DNA from: a virus
IMG/VR virus record: IMGVR_UViG_3300022198_002714
Span: 1 to 64,000 of that record
DNA length: 64,000 bases
Reading direction: 5' to 3' (one strand)
Shown here: in pieces, positions 38,519 to 48,841 of the stretch
How the letters are laid out: every line of letters starts with the position of its first letter
Position numbering within the stretch: the first letter of the stretch is position 1
Made by a program: the position numbers and the translations under genes
The notes under the pieces: generated by a model
What the model saw: only the letters and a program-made list of their open reading frames with translations
Database searches by the model: none
What the model was told of the DNA's origin: nothing

Positions 38519-41500
38519 CTATGCGGGCGATATCTTCGCTTGGTCGTTTTCATAGTCTAAAACGATAGGCTGCTCGCCATCCACAGGAATAACGACATGT
38601 TCCGTACGCTTCTTCTCATCAGTCTTCCGACCTACACCCTTTGGGTCGTAATCGGGAAGGTTTTGCTCGTCCGTAACCTTGGTAGGACCCTGTGGTGACT
38701 CAATAGGAGTAGCAAGGTCAATGCCCAATCCCTTTGGTCCCGTCCACGTCATGCGCTCTTTTGCCAACACATCAAGGGTTCGGGCAATCACGTCCAACGC
38801 TTTTTTCGTTCGTGGCTTGAGTAGCCGCTCTTCGTCGTCCTCTTCCAACAGACCTGCTGATTCTTCTTCCTGTTGTTCAAGATTCGGAACTTTTCCCTCC
38901 ATCTTGACCAAGATGTTCTCCATCATGAGCGGCACAAAGGGCGACCAATACGATGCAATGGATTCAGCAAGTTGAACAGGATAGTCGCTCTTGTACAAGT
39001 CACCAAGGGTGGACTTGGGCGAGTGAACGTACCACGCATGATTGAACTTCTCCACTTGGTAGGTCACACTATCCATGTCGTTGAACAAGAGATTGATGCC
39101 TCCTTCCGTTAGTTCAATGTCAAAAGGCACGAAGGTTGTTCCATACGACTTGGTAAGCAAATCAAGTGATTCTGCACTTGCGGCACCTTCACCTTCACCG
39201 TCACCCTCAATTTGTCGCACGTGAATGTCGTACACATTGCGCCCGCCTCGCACCTTCTTGGTCACACCTGAGATAGAAACACGAACAATGTCACCGACTT
39301 TGAATGCCTTCTGTTGGTTGCGAGCCGTACCTACGTCCATGTAGTCGCTGCCCTTGTACTCCACCGCACGGTTTCCAAGCACCGACCCGTCGAGGATTGG
39401 CCCTGCGCCAAGTTGGTAGGTGTAGGGACCGGTACCCCTGCGGTCAAGGATGATGAAGTTGTAGTCACGGCTTGGGCGAAGCAGTACCCACTTGGGGTGA
39501 CGACGTTCGCCACGCATGTAGGTGGACTTGCTATCGCGCAGCAAGATGTTCTCATGCTCACCTTGCAGCCCGTTGACCGCTTCCTCAAGACCTTCTTCGT
39601 CGGTCATCTTGGTGTCGTGTGGGCCGGGAATGATGACGCATTCACGGCTATCGAATTGGCTGCGCAACACCTTCAATCGCTCATGCATCTGCATGTCGGA
39701 CACGTTGTTGTTGTCGTAGTTCACAATGTCAACGATGTTGAGTTCTTCGTCACCCAAGATGCCATCAAGGGTGTAGTTGCGGTCGTTCAACTGTTCTAAG
39801 GCCTCACGAAACTTTTTCTTCACGTTGACTTTGCGGTTGTTTTCATCAAGCACCGTAATCTCGTCACCGTTCTTGATGATGATGACACGCTTCCCATCGT
39901 ACCACTTGGACACGGCCCAAGAGTTGCTGAAGCCGCGAAGGTGTTGCAGGTCAGTCAACTCAAAGATGCGATGCATAGGACGGATGGGAGCAATCCATTC
40001 AGGCTCATCTGATTTTGCAATCAAATCATTTCCTTCAAGCAAGTTGTTGATGAAAGCCGTAGTTTCAGATGCATTGATGATGTACGGGTCATTGCTTACT
40101 ACGTCCAAACCATCTTCAGTAAGACGGGAGAAGGGGAACGAAGTGTCCATTGGCGGAGGCAAGTTTGGTTGTACACTCCTTACCCACTCTTTGCCCATCA
40201 CTTCTTCTTGATTGTTCGTAGGAACAGGAATGGGAAGGAAGGGAACAGGATTGTTGCCGTACACAGGTGTACCGTCTTCCATAAAGTCAAATCCACCTGA
40301 AGAGGTGACGGGCGAACCTGAAAAATGCACATTCATACCTGTGTTAAACGTAGGCATAATTGGGTATTGAGTGGGATGAGAGCCGCCAACAGGCATACCC
40401 GCATGCCACCCACGGGTTGTTGAGGTGTTGCTCATTGTTTCCTCTCGGGGCGGAGATTGGTCTTGCATTGGGTCATAGACAATCAGGGTATCAGCCTTGT
40501 TTCGGGTGTTGATGTTCTGCCACGTGAACGTGTTTTTGCTTCCTTCCGCTTTTCCATGCGGGTCGCCTTGATGAAGTTGCAAACCCAACAATTCCAATGA
40601 ATCGCTGAACTGATTTGGTCGCATACGTTGTACAATAGCACCTGCGGCACGATGAATCCCGTGGGCTTTCCACGCACTAAGATTTGACTTACCCTGATAT
40701 TTTGCCTGTTGAAGTTTTTCAACACCCTTAGAATATCCATGCGTGTGAATTGTATGGTTGATTTCATCTTCTCCATCAAGGTCGTGAATGTTCTGTTGCA
40801 TGAACTCTTCATCCCTTGGATGAAGGAATGATGTATCGTAGTTGCCAATGTTCTGTACAACACCACTTGTCAGCAAATTGCCTACGTTGTTCACATGCAA
40901 CGGATAGCCACGGTTTTGTGCTTCTTGAATCAAAGAAGCGGCGTATTCCTTTGTGTAGGGTGTAATTTCAATTCCAAGATGCCCAAGCACATCTTCGGGA
41001 TTTTCATTCCCGTGTACTTCAAGTCCACTTTCTGTGAGGTAATCACGAATGTCATGTAGCACATCGCTATCCTTGCTCTTCATGTCTTTGACTTCAGTAC
41101 GGAAACCGTAGGCCTGACGGGTAAGACCTGTTACTTGAGCAGGATGAGAAAGAATCCATCGTTCAGCATCGTGAAAAAGTCGGAGCATGTTAGCATGAGC
41201 CTTTGCAGGGTCCGCAGCATCAAACGCACTTGGGTCTTGTTCTTCCCATAGTGGCTTCAGCACGTTAGCAGCAACGAATGTCACCAATTTGCGAGACTCG
41301 TCCATCTCTTTCATTGCGTGGTCTTCGTGGGCTTTCCACCAATCGCTATTCACTTCTCCAAGCGCACCCTTCTGCGCTTCAAGTTGCAGTTCAACCAATC
41401 GTTCTTTGACTTCTTGGTAGCGTTGACGAATACTTTCAACGTCCAAGTTTGGGTCGCTTTCAATTTGTTCAAGAATGCCCATCATTTCATTTTGCAAGTC

Positions 41501-44395
41501 TTGTTCTTCTTGCATAGCGGGCAACGCGCCACCCACCTTCATCATGTGAGCAATACCGCGACGTGGCGCGTCTTCTTTGATTCCTTGAGCCGTTCCCTTC
41601 TTGTTTTTCGCCGCCACCTTGGAATAGTAGGGCACGTCGTTCAAAGCATGATTTACCTGATTGATTACCTCTTGTTGACTGTATTCCCTTTGGTATCGTT
41701 CGTTGAGGTAATTCATCAGTTGAGTGAAGTCACCGTCATCTCCTTCACGCAAATATCGTTCAACATCAGCGGGGTTTGTTGTGTTCAACATTTGTGCAAT
41801 GTCACGCACAGTACTCAACCCCTGTCGGTCAGCCTTCACATCAAGGAACATGTCTTTCATGCTCTCAAATGTAGGCTTCTTGGCCGAGCCTTCCCATCCC
41901 ATCATGGACAGGAAGTCGTTGAGTGTTTCACCTGCGGGGAAGGGAACCAATCCTCGCATAACATCTGTATATGACGAAACGGACTTGGCTCGCGGCTGAG
42001 TGTGGTGGGCATCGAGTCCAAGGTACATGGCGTGTCGCAGGGCGTCAATCACCATGCTTATTCCACTACCCGAAGCAGCGTAGTTTTCCTTTCCCCCTGT
42101 CTTAGAAAATTGATTGTGAGAAAGAGTTGATGACATGTGTTCAAGGTTCATCCCTTGAGTCTGAACCTTGTCTTTCATTGCATCTGCTTCTTTTTTGGTA
42201 ATACGACCTTGAAAGTATTCATATTCCGGTGAAAAGGAGTGAGCAAACAACGTGTAGTTGTGCTTGAAGTTACCATCGTCATGTCCTTGTGTGTGCAGAC
42301 GGGTTACATTTGCAGGAGAAAGCATATTGCGAATTGGAAATGATTTGGGTAAGTACTGAAAGTTTCTTTTTGTCTCGTCATACACCCCTTCGGTGACCGT
42401 CTGTGGTGTCATAAAATGATACATCAAGAAGCCGTTTCCCGTCGCTTCTGTTGAGTCTTGACCGTTTAACGCCACACCCTTGAACATGTGTGAATTACCT
42501 TCTTCGTCTGAGTGCGGTGAGTGAATTATGTCGTGGTAGGTGTTGAGTGACATGTTTTGTCCACCGTAAGGAGCAAACGGCATGTCCCAAAATCTTCCCG
42601 GCCCATAGGTGTATGCACCATCGTCACTTATCTGCCATATGTCAGGTAGGTTGTCTTCACTTGGATGAGGCCCAACTGCTGCTTTCAAATAAGCCATATC
42701 GTTGTTAATGTCCTTGGCCGAGCGTTCAAGCGATTCCAAACCTTGAGCCTCTTCAGCCATTTCTTCCAAAACTGACAAATTGATAGTTGGCTCATTGGGA
42801 TTTTGTACACCGTACATGGGGTGGTTTGCCATCACAGTACGAGTACGAGGGTCATAACCTGCAAGAAAAAGAAGATTGTCAAAGTCAAATCGGGTACGAA
42901 GCAATTCCTCTTGCTTACCTTTTTTGAAATGACTGCGAGATGCTTCCTTGATATCATCCCAAGTCATTGTTGAATCAAGCACTTCAGGATTATTTTTGAA
43001 GTCAAACTTAGGCAAGAGGCTTAGTTCCCACTTGCTCTTTTTCTTTGCCGCTGTTGCTTTTGATGAAGTTTCGTCAATTTCATTGAGAATCTCGTCAACG
43101 CCGTGTGCCTCGTACAACATACTCAAAACTTTGTCGTGAAACGACATTGGTATAGGCGTACCGTCTTCGGTGAAACTTTCAGACAAACTTTCCAATGGCA
43201 CTCGCGTAGCATTACCAAGTCCGTGTTGCAAAAACTTTCCTTCGTCTCCTTGGCCGTAGTCCCTATCGTTGTCTTCAAGCATCAGATAGTTGCCTCTTCC
43301 ACTATGACGCGGCTTTCGCGTGGCCCAATCCATTTCAGGTGTCATACGCAAAACGGCATTCCAAGCAATGCGAGAAGTAGGAAACAAAGTTCCATCGGGC
43401 AATTGAATAGCATAATGATTTTTTGACCCGTTGATACCTCCGGGTTGGTTTAGGGCTTCCATTACCACATGTCGTTCTTCAGGCGTAAGCCATTCAAGAC
43501 CGTACATGTAATCGGTGTGACCCAATTTTGTTGGGTGTTCTTGGTCAACGTCTTCTTCTAACCAACCTCGCTTTCGGTCATCAAAGTGCTGATGACGCAA
43601 TGCTTCTTCGACACTTGAATATCCCCTGTCAGCCATTTCAGCCTGATGGGTTATCCAATACTGCTCAGCATCGAAGTTGTTTGCCAACCAACGTGTAAAA
43701 TCACGCTCATAGAGGTCAACAGCGTGTTGAGCATTTGGAGACGTGCCGTGAGTGAGGTCACCAAGCAATTTGAATTGTTTAGCATATCCGTCATTTTTTT
43801 CACGCTTATACGGTATGAAATCGTTCAATAGTGGACTGTTCTTTTCTCTCAAGTGATTGAGAAACGCTATCTCCATGTCCTTTTCTTTCTGAGCATGTCC
43901 TCCTAAGTAAAATCGGCGCAGTACATTCACAAAAGTAGGTTCACCTGTACCCGGACTAACACGCAGCAAAGGATGGTTAAACTCATGAAAAGGGAAGTTG
44001 AAGTGTTGGTATGCATGGCGGGCTGACGGAGGGTGGTACGTAGGCCAATGAGCGCGACCATGAGCCGGATTTTCAGCGGCCATCAAACCATCAAGCCATG
44101 CGTGACGACTCAACGGTGCGCTCGCATCAAAGGCTACCAAGGGTACTTTGCCCGGATAAATGTACTTGTCCCACGATAACTCAGGGTCTTCAGATGCAAC
44201 CGTGATATCTTCTTCTTCCTTCAAAATGTATTCCGCAGCACTCTTGAGTAAAGTGTGAGTAGCGTCACCGTTGGGTGAATTGTCCAATGATTCCCACGCA
44301 ATGATGTATTCAGCGGCAGAATCACGCAGGTCCTTACCATCACTCAACGACTTGAGCAGGTTGAGTGTTGCGTAATCGAACTGCTCAAAGGACAC
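38519..44395 (-). CDS. 1958-aa head-module protein with C-terminal degenerate ATP-dependent DNA ligase-like domain
   Basis: SKWYDGKR, TLDGIL, IVDIV, ENILLRD..YMRG.R..WVLL, then an OB-fold-like segment. Confidence 0.7.
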   Translation of the reverse strand: MSFEQFDYATLNLLKSLSDGKDLRDSAAEYIIAWESLDNSPNGDATHTLLKSAAEYILKEEEDITVASEDPELSWDKYIYPGKVPLVAFDASAPLSRHAWLDGLMAAENPAHGRAHWPTYHPPSARHAYQHFNFPFHEFNHPLLRVSPGTGEPTFVNVLRRFYLGGHAQKEKDMEIAFLNHLREKNSPLLNDFIPYKREKNDGYAKQFKLLGDLTHGTSPNAQHAVDLYERDFTRWLANNFDAEQYWITHQAEMADRGYSSVEEALRHQHFDDRKRGWLEEDVDQEHPTKLGHTDYMYGLEWLTPEERHVVMEALNQPGGINGSKNHYAIQLPDGTLFPTSRIAWNAVLRMTPEMDWATRKPRHSGRGNYLMLEDNDRDYGQGDEGKFLQHGLGNATRVPLESLSESFTEDGTPIPMSFHDKVLSMLYEAHGVDEILNEIDETSSKATAAKKKSKWELSLLPKFDFKNNPEVLDSTMTWDDIKEASRSHFKKGKQEELLRTRFDFDNLLFLAGYDPRTRTVMANHPMYGVQNPNEPTINLSVLEEMAEEAQGLESLERSAKDINNDMAYLKAAVGPHPSEDNLPDIWQISDDGAYTYGPGRFWDMPFAPYGGQNMSLNTYHDIIHSPHSDEEGNSHMFKGVALNGQDSTEATGNGFLMYHFMTPQTVTEGVYDETKRNFQYLPKSFPIRNMLSPANVTRLHTQGHDDGNFKHNYTLFAHSFSPEYEYFQGRITKKEADAMKDKVQTQGMNLEHMSSTLSHNQFSKTGGKENYAASGSGISMVIDALRHAMYLGLDAHHTQPRAKSVSSYTDVMRGLVPFPAGETLNDFLSMMGWEGSAKKPTFESMKDMFLDVKADRQGLSTVRDIAQMLNTTNPADVERYLREGDDGDFTQLMNYLNERYQREYSQQEVINQVNHALNDVPYYSKVAAKNKKGTAQGIKEDAPRRGIAHMMKVGGALPAMQEEQDLQNEMMGILEQIESDPNLDVESIRQRYQEVKERLVELQLEAQKGALGEVNSDWWKAHEDHAMKEMDESRKLVTFVAANVLKPLWEEQDPSAFDAADPAKAHANMLRLFHDAERWILSHPAQVTGLTRQAYGFRTEVKDMKSKDSDVLHDIRDYLTESGLEVHGNENPEDVLGHLGIEITPYTKEYAASLIQEAQNRGYPLHVNNVGNLLTSGVVQNIGNYDTSFLHPRDEEFMQQNIHDLDGEDEINHTIHTHGYSKGVEKLQQAKYQGKSNLSAWKAHGIHRAAGAIVQRMRPNQFSDSLELLGLQLHQGDPHGKAEGSKNTFTWQNINTRNKADTLIVYDPMQDQSPPREETMSNTSTTRGWHAGMPVGGSHPTQYPIMPTFNTGMNVHFSGSPVTSSGGFDFMEDGTPVYGNNPVPFLPIPVPTNNQEEVMGKEWVRSVQPNLPPPMDTSFPFSRLTEDGLDVVSNDPYIINASETTAFINNLLEGNDLIAKSDEPEWIAPIRPMHRIFELTDLQHLRGFSNSWAVSKWYDGKRVIIIKNGDEITVLDENNRKVNVKKKFREALEQLNDRNYTLDGILGDEELNIVDIVNYDNNNVSDMQMHERLKVLRSQFDSRECVIIPGPHDTKMTDEEGLEEAVNGLQGEHENILLRDSKSTYMRGERRHPKWVLLRPSRDYNFIILDRRGTGPYTYQLGAGPILDGSVLGNRAVEYKGSDYMDVGTARNQQKAFKVGDIVRVSISGVTKKVRGGRNVYDIHVRQIEGDGEGEGAASAESLDLLTKSYGTTFVPFDIELTEGGINLLFNDMDSVTYQVEKFNHAWYVHSPKSTLGDLYKSDYPVQLAESIASYWSPFVPLMMENILVKMEGKVPNLEQQEEESAGLLEEDDEERLLKPRTKKALDVIARTLDVLAKERMTWTGPKGLGIDLATPIESPQGPTKVTDEQNLPDYDPKGVGRKTDEKKRTEHVVIPVDGEQPIVLDYENDQAKISPA

Positions 44396-44407
44396 AAGAC
44401 CACCCCC

Positions 44408-44980
44408 TCAACGGAGTGGCCTAAACTGCGGGCAAGCGAAAATGTCCATATCGGGATGAACACCACAACCGGATTGTGTAGTACCTCCACATTTGGCACA
44501 GACAACCGGCGCACCGCTTTCAGCAGCAGCACGCAATTCAGGAGCCTTCTTCATTGAGCCACCTTCAGCATCTTCGCGGTCCGCACCGGTTCCCTCATGC
44601 GGATTCAACCGACTTCCAAGGGATTCAAGACTGACCTTGCTGCTATCCTTAGCACGCTTAGGCTTGTGGTCTTCCGTCTGAATGGGACGGTCACGGGTGG
44701 AGTAGTACGCGGTACGAGTCTGTCCGCCCGTCTCGGTCAGAAAGTGAGGGTTCACCTCGGTAATCTTCTCATTCGTTTGTTCGTCGGCCTTCTTCATAGG
44801 GCCACCGCAACCGGCCTTTAGGCATCCCATCTTTGCCATCTTACCGCCACACTTCGGGCAAGACTTGCACTCACAGGGTTCCTTACCACAGTCACACTTA
44901 GCCTTCTCCAAGGCATCAATGCGAGCAGCCATGTTGCGGGCCTTTGTCAGTATTTCAGATTCAACGGGTCGTGGCTTCAT
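44408..44980 (-). CDS. Cys-rich basic protein
   Basis: CDCGKEPCECKSCPKCGG..CLKAGC and CAKCGG..C..H..C clusters. Confidence 0.65.
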   Translation of the reverse strand: MKPRPVESEILTKARNMAARIDALEKAKCDCGKEPCECKSCPKCGGKMAKMGCLKAGCGGPMKKADEQTNEKITEVNPHFLTETGGQTRTAYYSTRDRPIQTEDHKPKRAKDSSKVSLESLGSRLNPHEGTGADREDAEGGSMKKAPELRAAAESGAPVVCAKCGGTTQSGCGVHPDMDIFACPQFRPLR

Positions 44981-45315
44981 TCAAGTACCCCCTTTGCTTG
45001 TTGTGCCATTTCGTGAATATCTTCCCATGACATGTTGTGAAACTCTTCGTTTGTCTGCGGAATGGACGAAACCGGACCGCCTTTGAGAATGGAATTGCCC
45101 TCAATATCCATACGGAGGGGGTCAGGCATCAAGTCGTCGGTGAACGGCGTGGACACCGGGACAAATCCGGCCTTACGAAACAGACCGGCAGGGGATGAAA
45201 TCAGGCTCTTGAGTCGCTCATTCTCAGCCTTCAGGAGTGCAAGGTCGTTGTCCATGCTCTCCATCTTGGTGACAAGGACGGTCATCAGTTGCTCAGCCGA
45301 TGATGCGTCTCCCAT
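44977..45315 (-). CDS. Coiled-coil protein with scaffold-like C-terminal motif
   Basis: Coiled coil; NMSWEDIH matches the protease/scaffold NMSWDEVH. Confidence 0.65.
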   Translation of the reverse strand: MGDASSAEQLMTVLVTKMESMDNDLALLKAENERLKSLISSPAGLFRKAGFVPVSTPFTDDLMPDPLRMDIEGNSILKGGPVSSIPQTNEEFHNMSWEDIHEMAQQAKGVLE

Positions 45316-45320
45316 TGGAT

Positions 45321-45677
45321 TCAACCCCAACGACCAAAGGTACCCTGAGCGGGCGAAAGGCGGGAACCACGGTGCCCGCTTGAAATGATACCGGGTAGGC
45401 GGGTACCCTCAAGGGTCACCGTCTCCGGCTCGACAACGAACTTGCGCACAGGTACACCGCCTGCAAACAAGTCGTTTGGTCCCTGAGCGTTTTGCAGAAC
45501 GTCTTGGGACTTGGCAATCTCGGTGTTGAGGTCTTCAAGGAGGAAGTCGCTCAACTTGTTGACTTCGGACAAATGCTCCTTAGCAAGACTTCCATCACCG
45601 CTCTCAAGAGCGGTAAGGAAAGCCTTCTGAGCCTGTTCCATTTTTCGGGCCATTGGGTGCATCTTCAAGAGGTCCAT
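45321..45677 (-). CDS. Hypothetical head-module protein
   Basis: ORF after the portal with host-like codon use. Confidence 0.6.
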   Translation of the reverse strand: MDLLKMHPMARKMEQAQKAFLTALESGDGSLAKEHLSEVNKLSDFLLEDLNTEIAKSQDVLQNAQGPNDLFAGGVPVRKFVVEPETVTLEGTRLPGIISSGHRGSRLSPAQGTFGRWG

Positions 45678-45720
45678 GAGATTCCCTCGCTTTATGCAGT
45701 CGTGGGGCGGTTATCAAGGT

Positions 45721-47493
45721 TTAGGCACCGCGAGGCCTTCGGGCGTTCATCAGCGCATTGCTGACGTTTTCTTGTAGGTTAGGCTGCGGACCCCGTTGTT
45801 GAACGCTACTAAACGGTGCGCCGCTACCAACCACGGTCCTTCGCTCAGGCGCAGCAGGCCCTCGATTACGCAGACCAACACCTTGACCACCGGGTTGAGG
45901 TGGCGGCATTGGCATGCCCGGAGGCATTCCACCAACCATTTGCGGTGGCATACCCGGAGGCATACCCGGAGGCATACCCGGAGGCATACCCGGAGGCATA
46001 CCCGGAGGCATACCCGGAGGCATGCCCGGAGGTGCGCCACCCGGAGGCATACCCGGCATGCCTTGTTGTGGCTGCGGTTGTGGCTTGCGGTACACAAAGC
46101 GAATGTCGCGGTTAGAGGGGTCCTCAAGCAGTTCCGGTTGGAAGCCCAACTGAGCCATGCGTTGAGCGACGTTGAGTTCTTGTTCGTCACGACGGAGACG
46201 GGTAATTTCGTCTTCTTCCTCGTTGGGGTACAAGGTGAGTTTCCAATCGTTGACGTTCATCTGTTTAAGCAGACGAGGAAACAGAACATCTGTGTACACC
46301 TTTTGACCGTACTCAACTGCACGGTTGGTGACAAGAATCTGCATACCTTCATTGTTCAGTCCACCGGACTTGCCGGTGTCCACCATGAAGATGCTTGAAA
46401 CGCCATAGAATGCGGCAATTCTGTTGCGAATCTCGTCACGGACCGGAATGTATTGCATTTCCTCCAAGGTGTCCATGAACTTGACCCAATTCACGCCACC
46501 CTTGCCGGTTTGCGATTCAATACCAACACGGGGAATGTAGTGGGGGTCACGCTCCATCTTCTCGTCAACGGACTTCCAAAATGACTTCATGGACTCAAGA
46601 TTGTCCGTAGTCACCGAGATGATACCCTTGGGCATCCGTCGCTTTTGATAGGCCGTGTACATGTAATTGTCCATAGCCGTGAGCGTCATGGCTTGACGCC
46701 ACATGGTGTTGACGGGACTGCGACCGTACAACTTTGACGGAGTGTACTTGCTGACGTGAATTACTTCACCTTCAACGAAGTACTGCGTCTTTCCGCTACC
46801 GGCCATGTTGACGTAGTGAACGTCTTCAAGGTCACGACCACAGTTCTCGCACACCTTGTCGTCAGCATGCGTCTTCACTTCGTCACGATGGATGATGCAG
46901 ACTTTGAATCGGCCACCGCGCACACCACGTTTGTCGGCCACAATCCGCATGAAGATGGGGTCACCGCGAACCATCTCCTTGACACGATAAAACGCAATCT
47001 CCTTGCTTTCAGGGTCAATGAAGTATTCTTTGACCAAGATGAGGAAAGCGTCATCCACGATATTGAGGTCATTCTCAACTTCATGAAGCAGATGGACAAA
47101 AGATTGTTCCATCGAGTTTTCCTGTTTGAGCAACCATTTTGGGTACGTCAACTCATCAGGGTCAGGCTTGCGCACTTCGCCACCGCATTGCTTGCAGGAT
47201 TCCATTTCCTGTTGGTATTCTTCATCGCACACCGTACATTTGACTGTGAACTTCTTTTCCCAATAGTAGCCGCGACGAAACATCTCCTGACGCAACTTGG
47301 AAAGAACGGTGCGCAAAATTAGCGACTCGTTGCTGACTGCATAAAGCGCAGGGATGGTGATGCCCTGAGCCATTACGGGTTCCTGAATGCCGCTTGACCA
47401 CAACGGCATGGTCGGCGTAGGAGACTCACGCGACTTGAACGGGCTACGAAGGCCTGACAGGAACCGAGAAATGCGTCCTTCTTCTGCCATCAT
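45721..47493 (-). CDS. Portal protein with Zn-ribbon insertions and PPGM tail
   Basis: [25 protein letters not shown] portal motifs; position after TerL. Confidence 0.9.
   Translation of the reverse strand: MMAEEGRISRFLSGLRSPFKSRESPTPTMPLWSSGIQEPVMAQGITIPALYAVSNESLILRTVLSKLRQEMFRRGYYWEKKFTVKCTVCDEEYQQEMESCKQCGGEVRKPDPDELTYPKWLLKQENSMEQSFVHLLHEVENDLNIVDDAFLILVKEYFIDPESKEIAFYRVKEMVRGDPIFMRIVADKRGVRGGRFKVCIIHRDEVKTHADDKVCENCGRDLEDVHYVNMAGSGKTQYFVEGEVIHVSKYTPSKLYGRSPVNTMWRQAMTLTAMDNYMYTAYQKRRMPKGIISVTTDNLESMKSFWKSVDEKMERDPHYIPRVGIESQTGKGGVNWVKFMDTLEEMQYIPVRDEIRNRIAAFYGVSSIFMVDTGKSGGLNNEGMQILVTNRAVEYGQKVYTDVLFPRLLKQMNVNDWKLTLYPNEEEDEITRLRRDEQELNVAQRMAQLGFQPELLEDPSNRDIRFVYRKPQPQPQQGMPGMPPGGAPPGMPPGMPPGMPPGMPPGMPPGMPPGMPPQMVGGMPPGMPMPPPQPGGQGVGLRNRGPAAPERRTVVGSGAPFSSVQQRGPQPNLQENVSNALMNARRPRGA
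45947..46030. repeat. 7 x 12-bp tandem repeat GGCATACCCGGA (PPGM in portal)
   Basis: 6 perfect copies plus 1 variant. Confidence 0.95.
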
Positions 47494-48788
47494 AGCCCCT
47501 CCGCGTATGCACCTATGGTATCGGCATCAATTCCCCACTTATCAAGAAGCCCGTTGGCTTTCACCGTATGGTCCTTCCAATTTGAAAAGGTGACAAGTCG
47601 GTACAATTCCTGCTTTCGCATAAAATCATCTTCATCCACATACGATAGCATGGCTCTTGCTTGTGTGGTCTTGAGCATCATGTGAGGAAGTGTAGCCTTA
47701 AGGACACGGCGAATGTCGTCCTTGCGTGAAAAAATAAGTCGGTGTACACTCTTCTTGGTGTTGTGAGACACCTTTTGGTCCGTGACAAGACGACCACATC
47801 CGGTAGCCTTGTGCAAGTCTTCGCACAGTTGTTTTCCTGAATCGCCACTTGCTACAAAGGTCACACGGGGGTCACCGCGTTCGCTGATAAAAATACTGCC
47901 GTCAGAATCGAGTGAACCCGCCATGTACGCCCAAATGTCCTTGATGATGAATCCATCACGACCTAAAAGAACGTAGTCACCACGTGATGTACTTTTGAAG
48001 ATGTTTAATTCTTCACCGTACATTTTGAGCAGCGCACCCATTCGTTGCGCCGTCATGTTGCGGTCCAACGTGTCTGCACCACGGCGAAGCAACTCTCGGC
48101 TGCTTAAGTGTCCATGAGCCTGCAACTCTTCTGCTGCAAAGTACAGGGCATCTTGTTCTGCTTTGTTCAGCGTGTCCACTTGATGCAGTACATTTTGCCA
48201 CATTTTGCGAGCATCTTTCTGCAATTGCATAGCGTCAACCCACGATTGTTGGTCGTTTTCATCCCAATCCACTTTGTCGTTGAGCATTTGCAACACGGTG
48301 TTGGCCTTGAGGAATTGATGACAAGCCTTTTGCAACGACACGCTACGGTTTTCACCAAACTTTCGCAACGCCTTGAGGCTGCGGTCGGATAGCCCCATCT
48401 GTTTAATCACACTCTCCATGCCTTCAGCCCACGACAGATTGTTGATGGTCGCTTCAACCTCCATGGCCTTCAGTTGTCGAACAAGTCCAATCGTTTCGTC
48501 GTATTCGTCACGGTTGTCTTTGTCGTGCCGCCGCATCTTGCGACACTCACGAATAATGGTGTCAGCATCCTTGCCCCAATACGTTTCAAGCCATCCGTCA
48601 CCGTTCTTTGGAAACTCGCGCTTTCGCAGGTCTTCTTTGATAAATACAGTTGAGGTGGTTTGCAGCGGCAAATCGTTCTCATTGAACATAGGATGCTGAG
48701 AAAGCGCGTTGAGTACCATTTTTGTCAAGGGGTCTTCAACGACCATGGGCACGTCGTACACGTCACCCACCAATGCACTCCCCCACAT
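47490..48788 (-). CDS. LAGLIDADG-family endonuclease-domain protein with long helical N-terminus
   Basis: WAYMAGSLDSDGSI single LAGLIDADG motif; LPHMMLKTTQA; free-standing between TerL and portal. Confidence 0.8.
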   Translation of the reverse strand: MWGSALVGDVYDVPMVVEDPLTKMVLNALSQHPMFNENDLPLQTTSTVFIKEDLRKREFPKNGDGWLETYWGKDADTIIRECRKMRRHDKDNRDEYDETIGLVRQLKAMEVEATINNLSWAEGMESVIKQMGLSDRSLKALRKFGENRSVSLQKACHQFLKANTVLQMLNDKVDWDENDQQSWVDAMQLQKDARKMWQNVLHQVDTLNKAEQDALYFAAEELQAHGHLSSRELLRRGADTLDRNMTAQRMGALLKMYGEELNIFKSTSRGDYVLLGRDGFIIKDIWAYMAGSLDSDGSIFISERGDPRVTFVASGDSGKQLCEDLHKATGCGRLVTDQKVSHNTKKSVHRLIFSRKDDIRRVLKATLPHMMLKTTQARAMLSYVDEDDFMRKQELYRLVTFSNWKDHTVKANGLLDKWGIDADTIGAYAEGL

Positions 48789-48841
48789 AATGACCACTCA
48801 CTTGACCATTGGTTAAAAACCCCACTCAGGAAACGGGTAAA

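Noticed and set aside
45947-46030. Tandem repeat as a possible CRISPR array
   Set aside because: 12-bp units without spacers, coding for PPGM; no cas genes.
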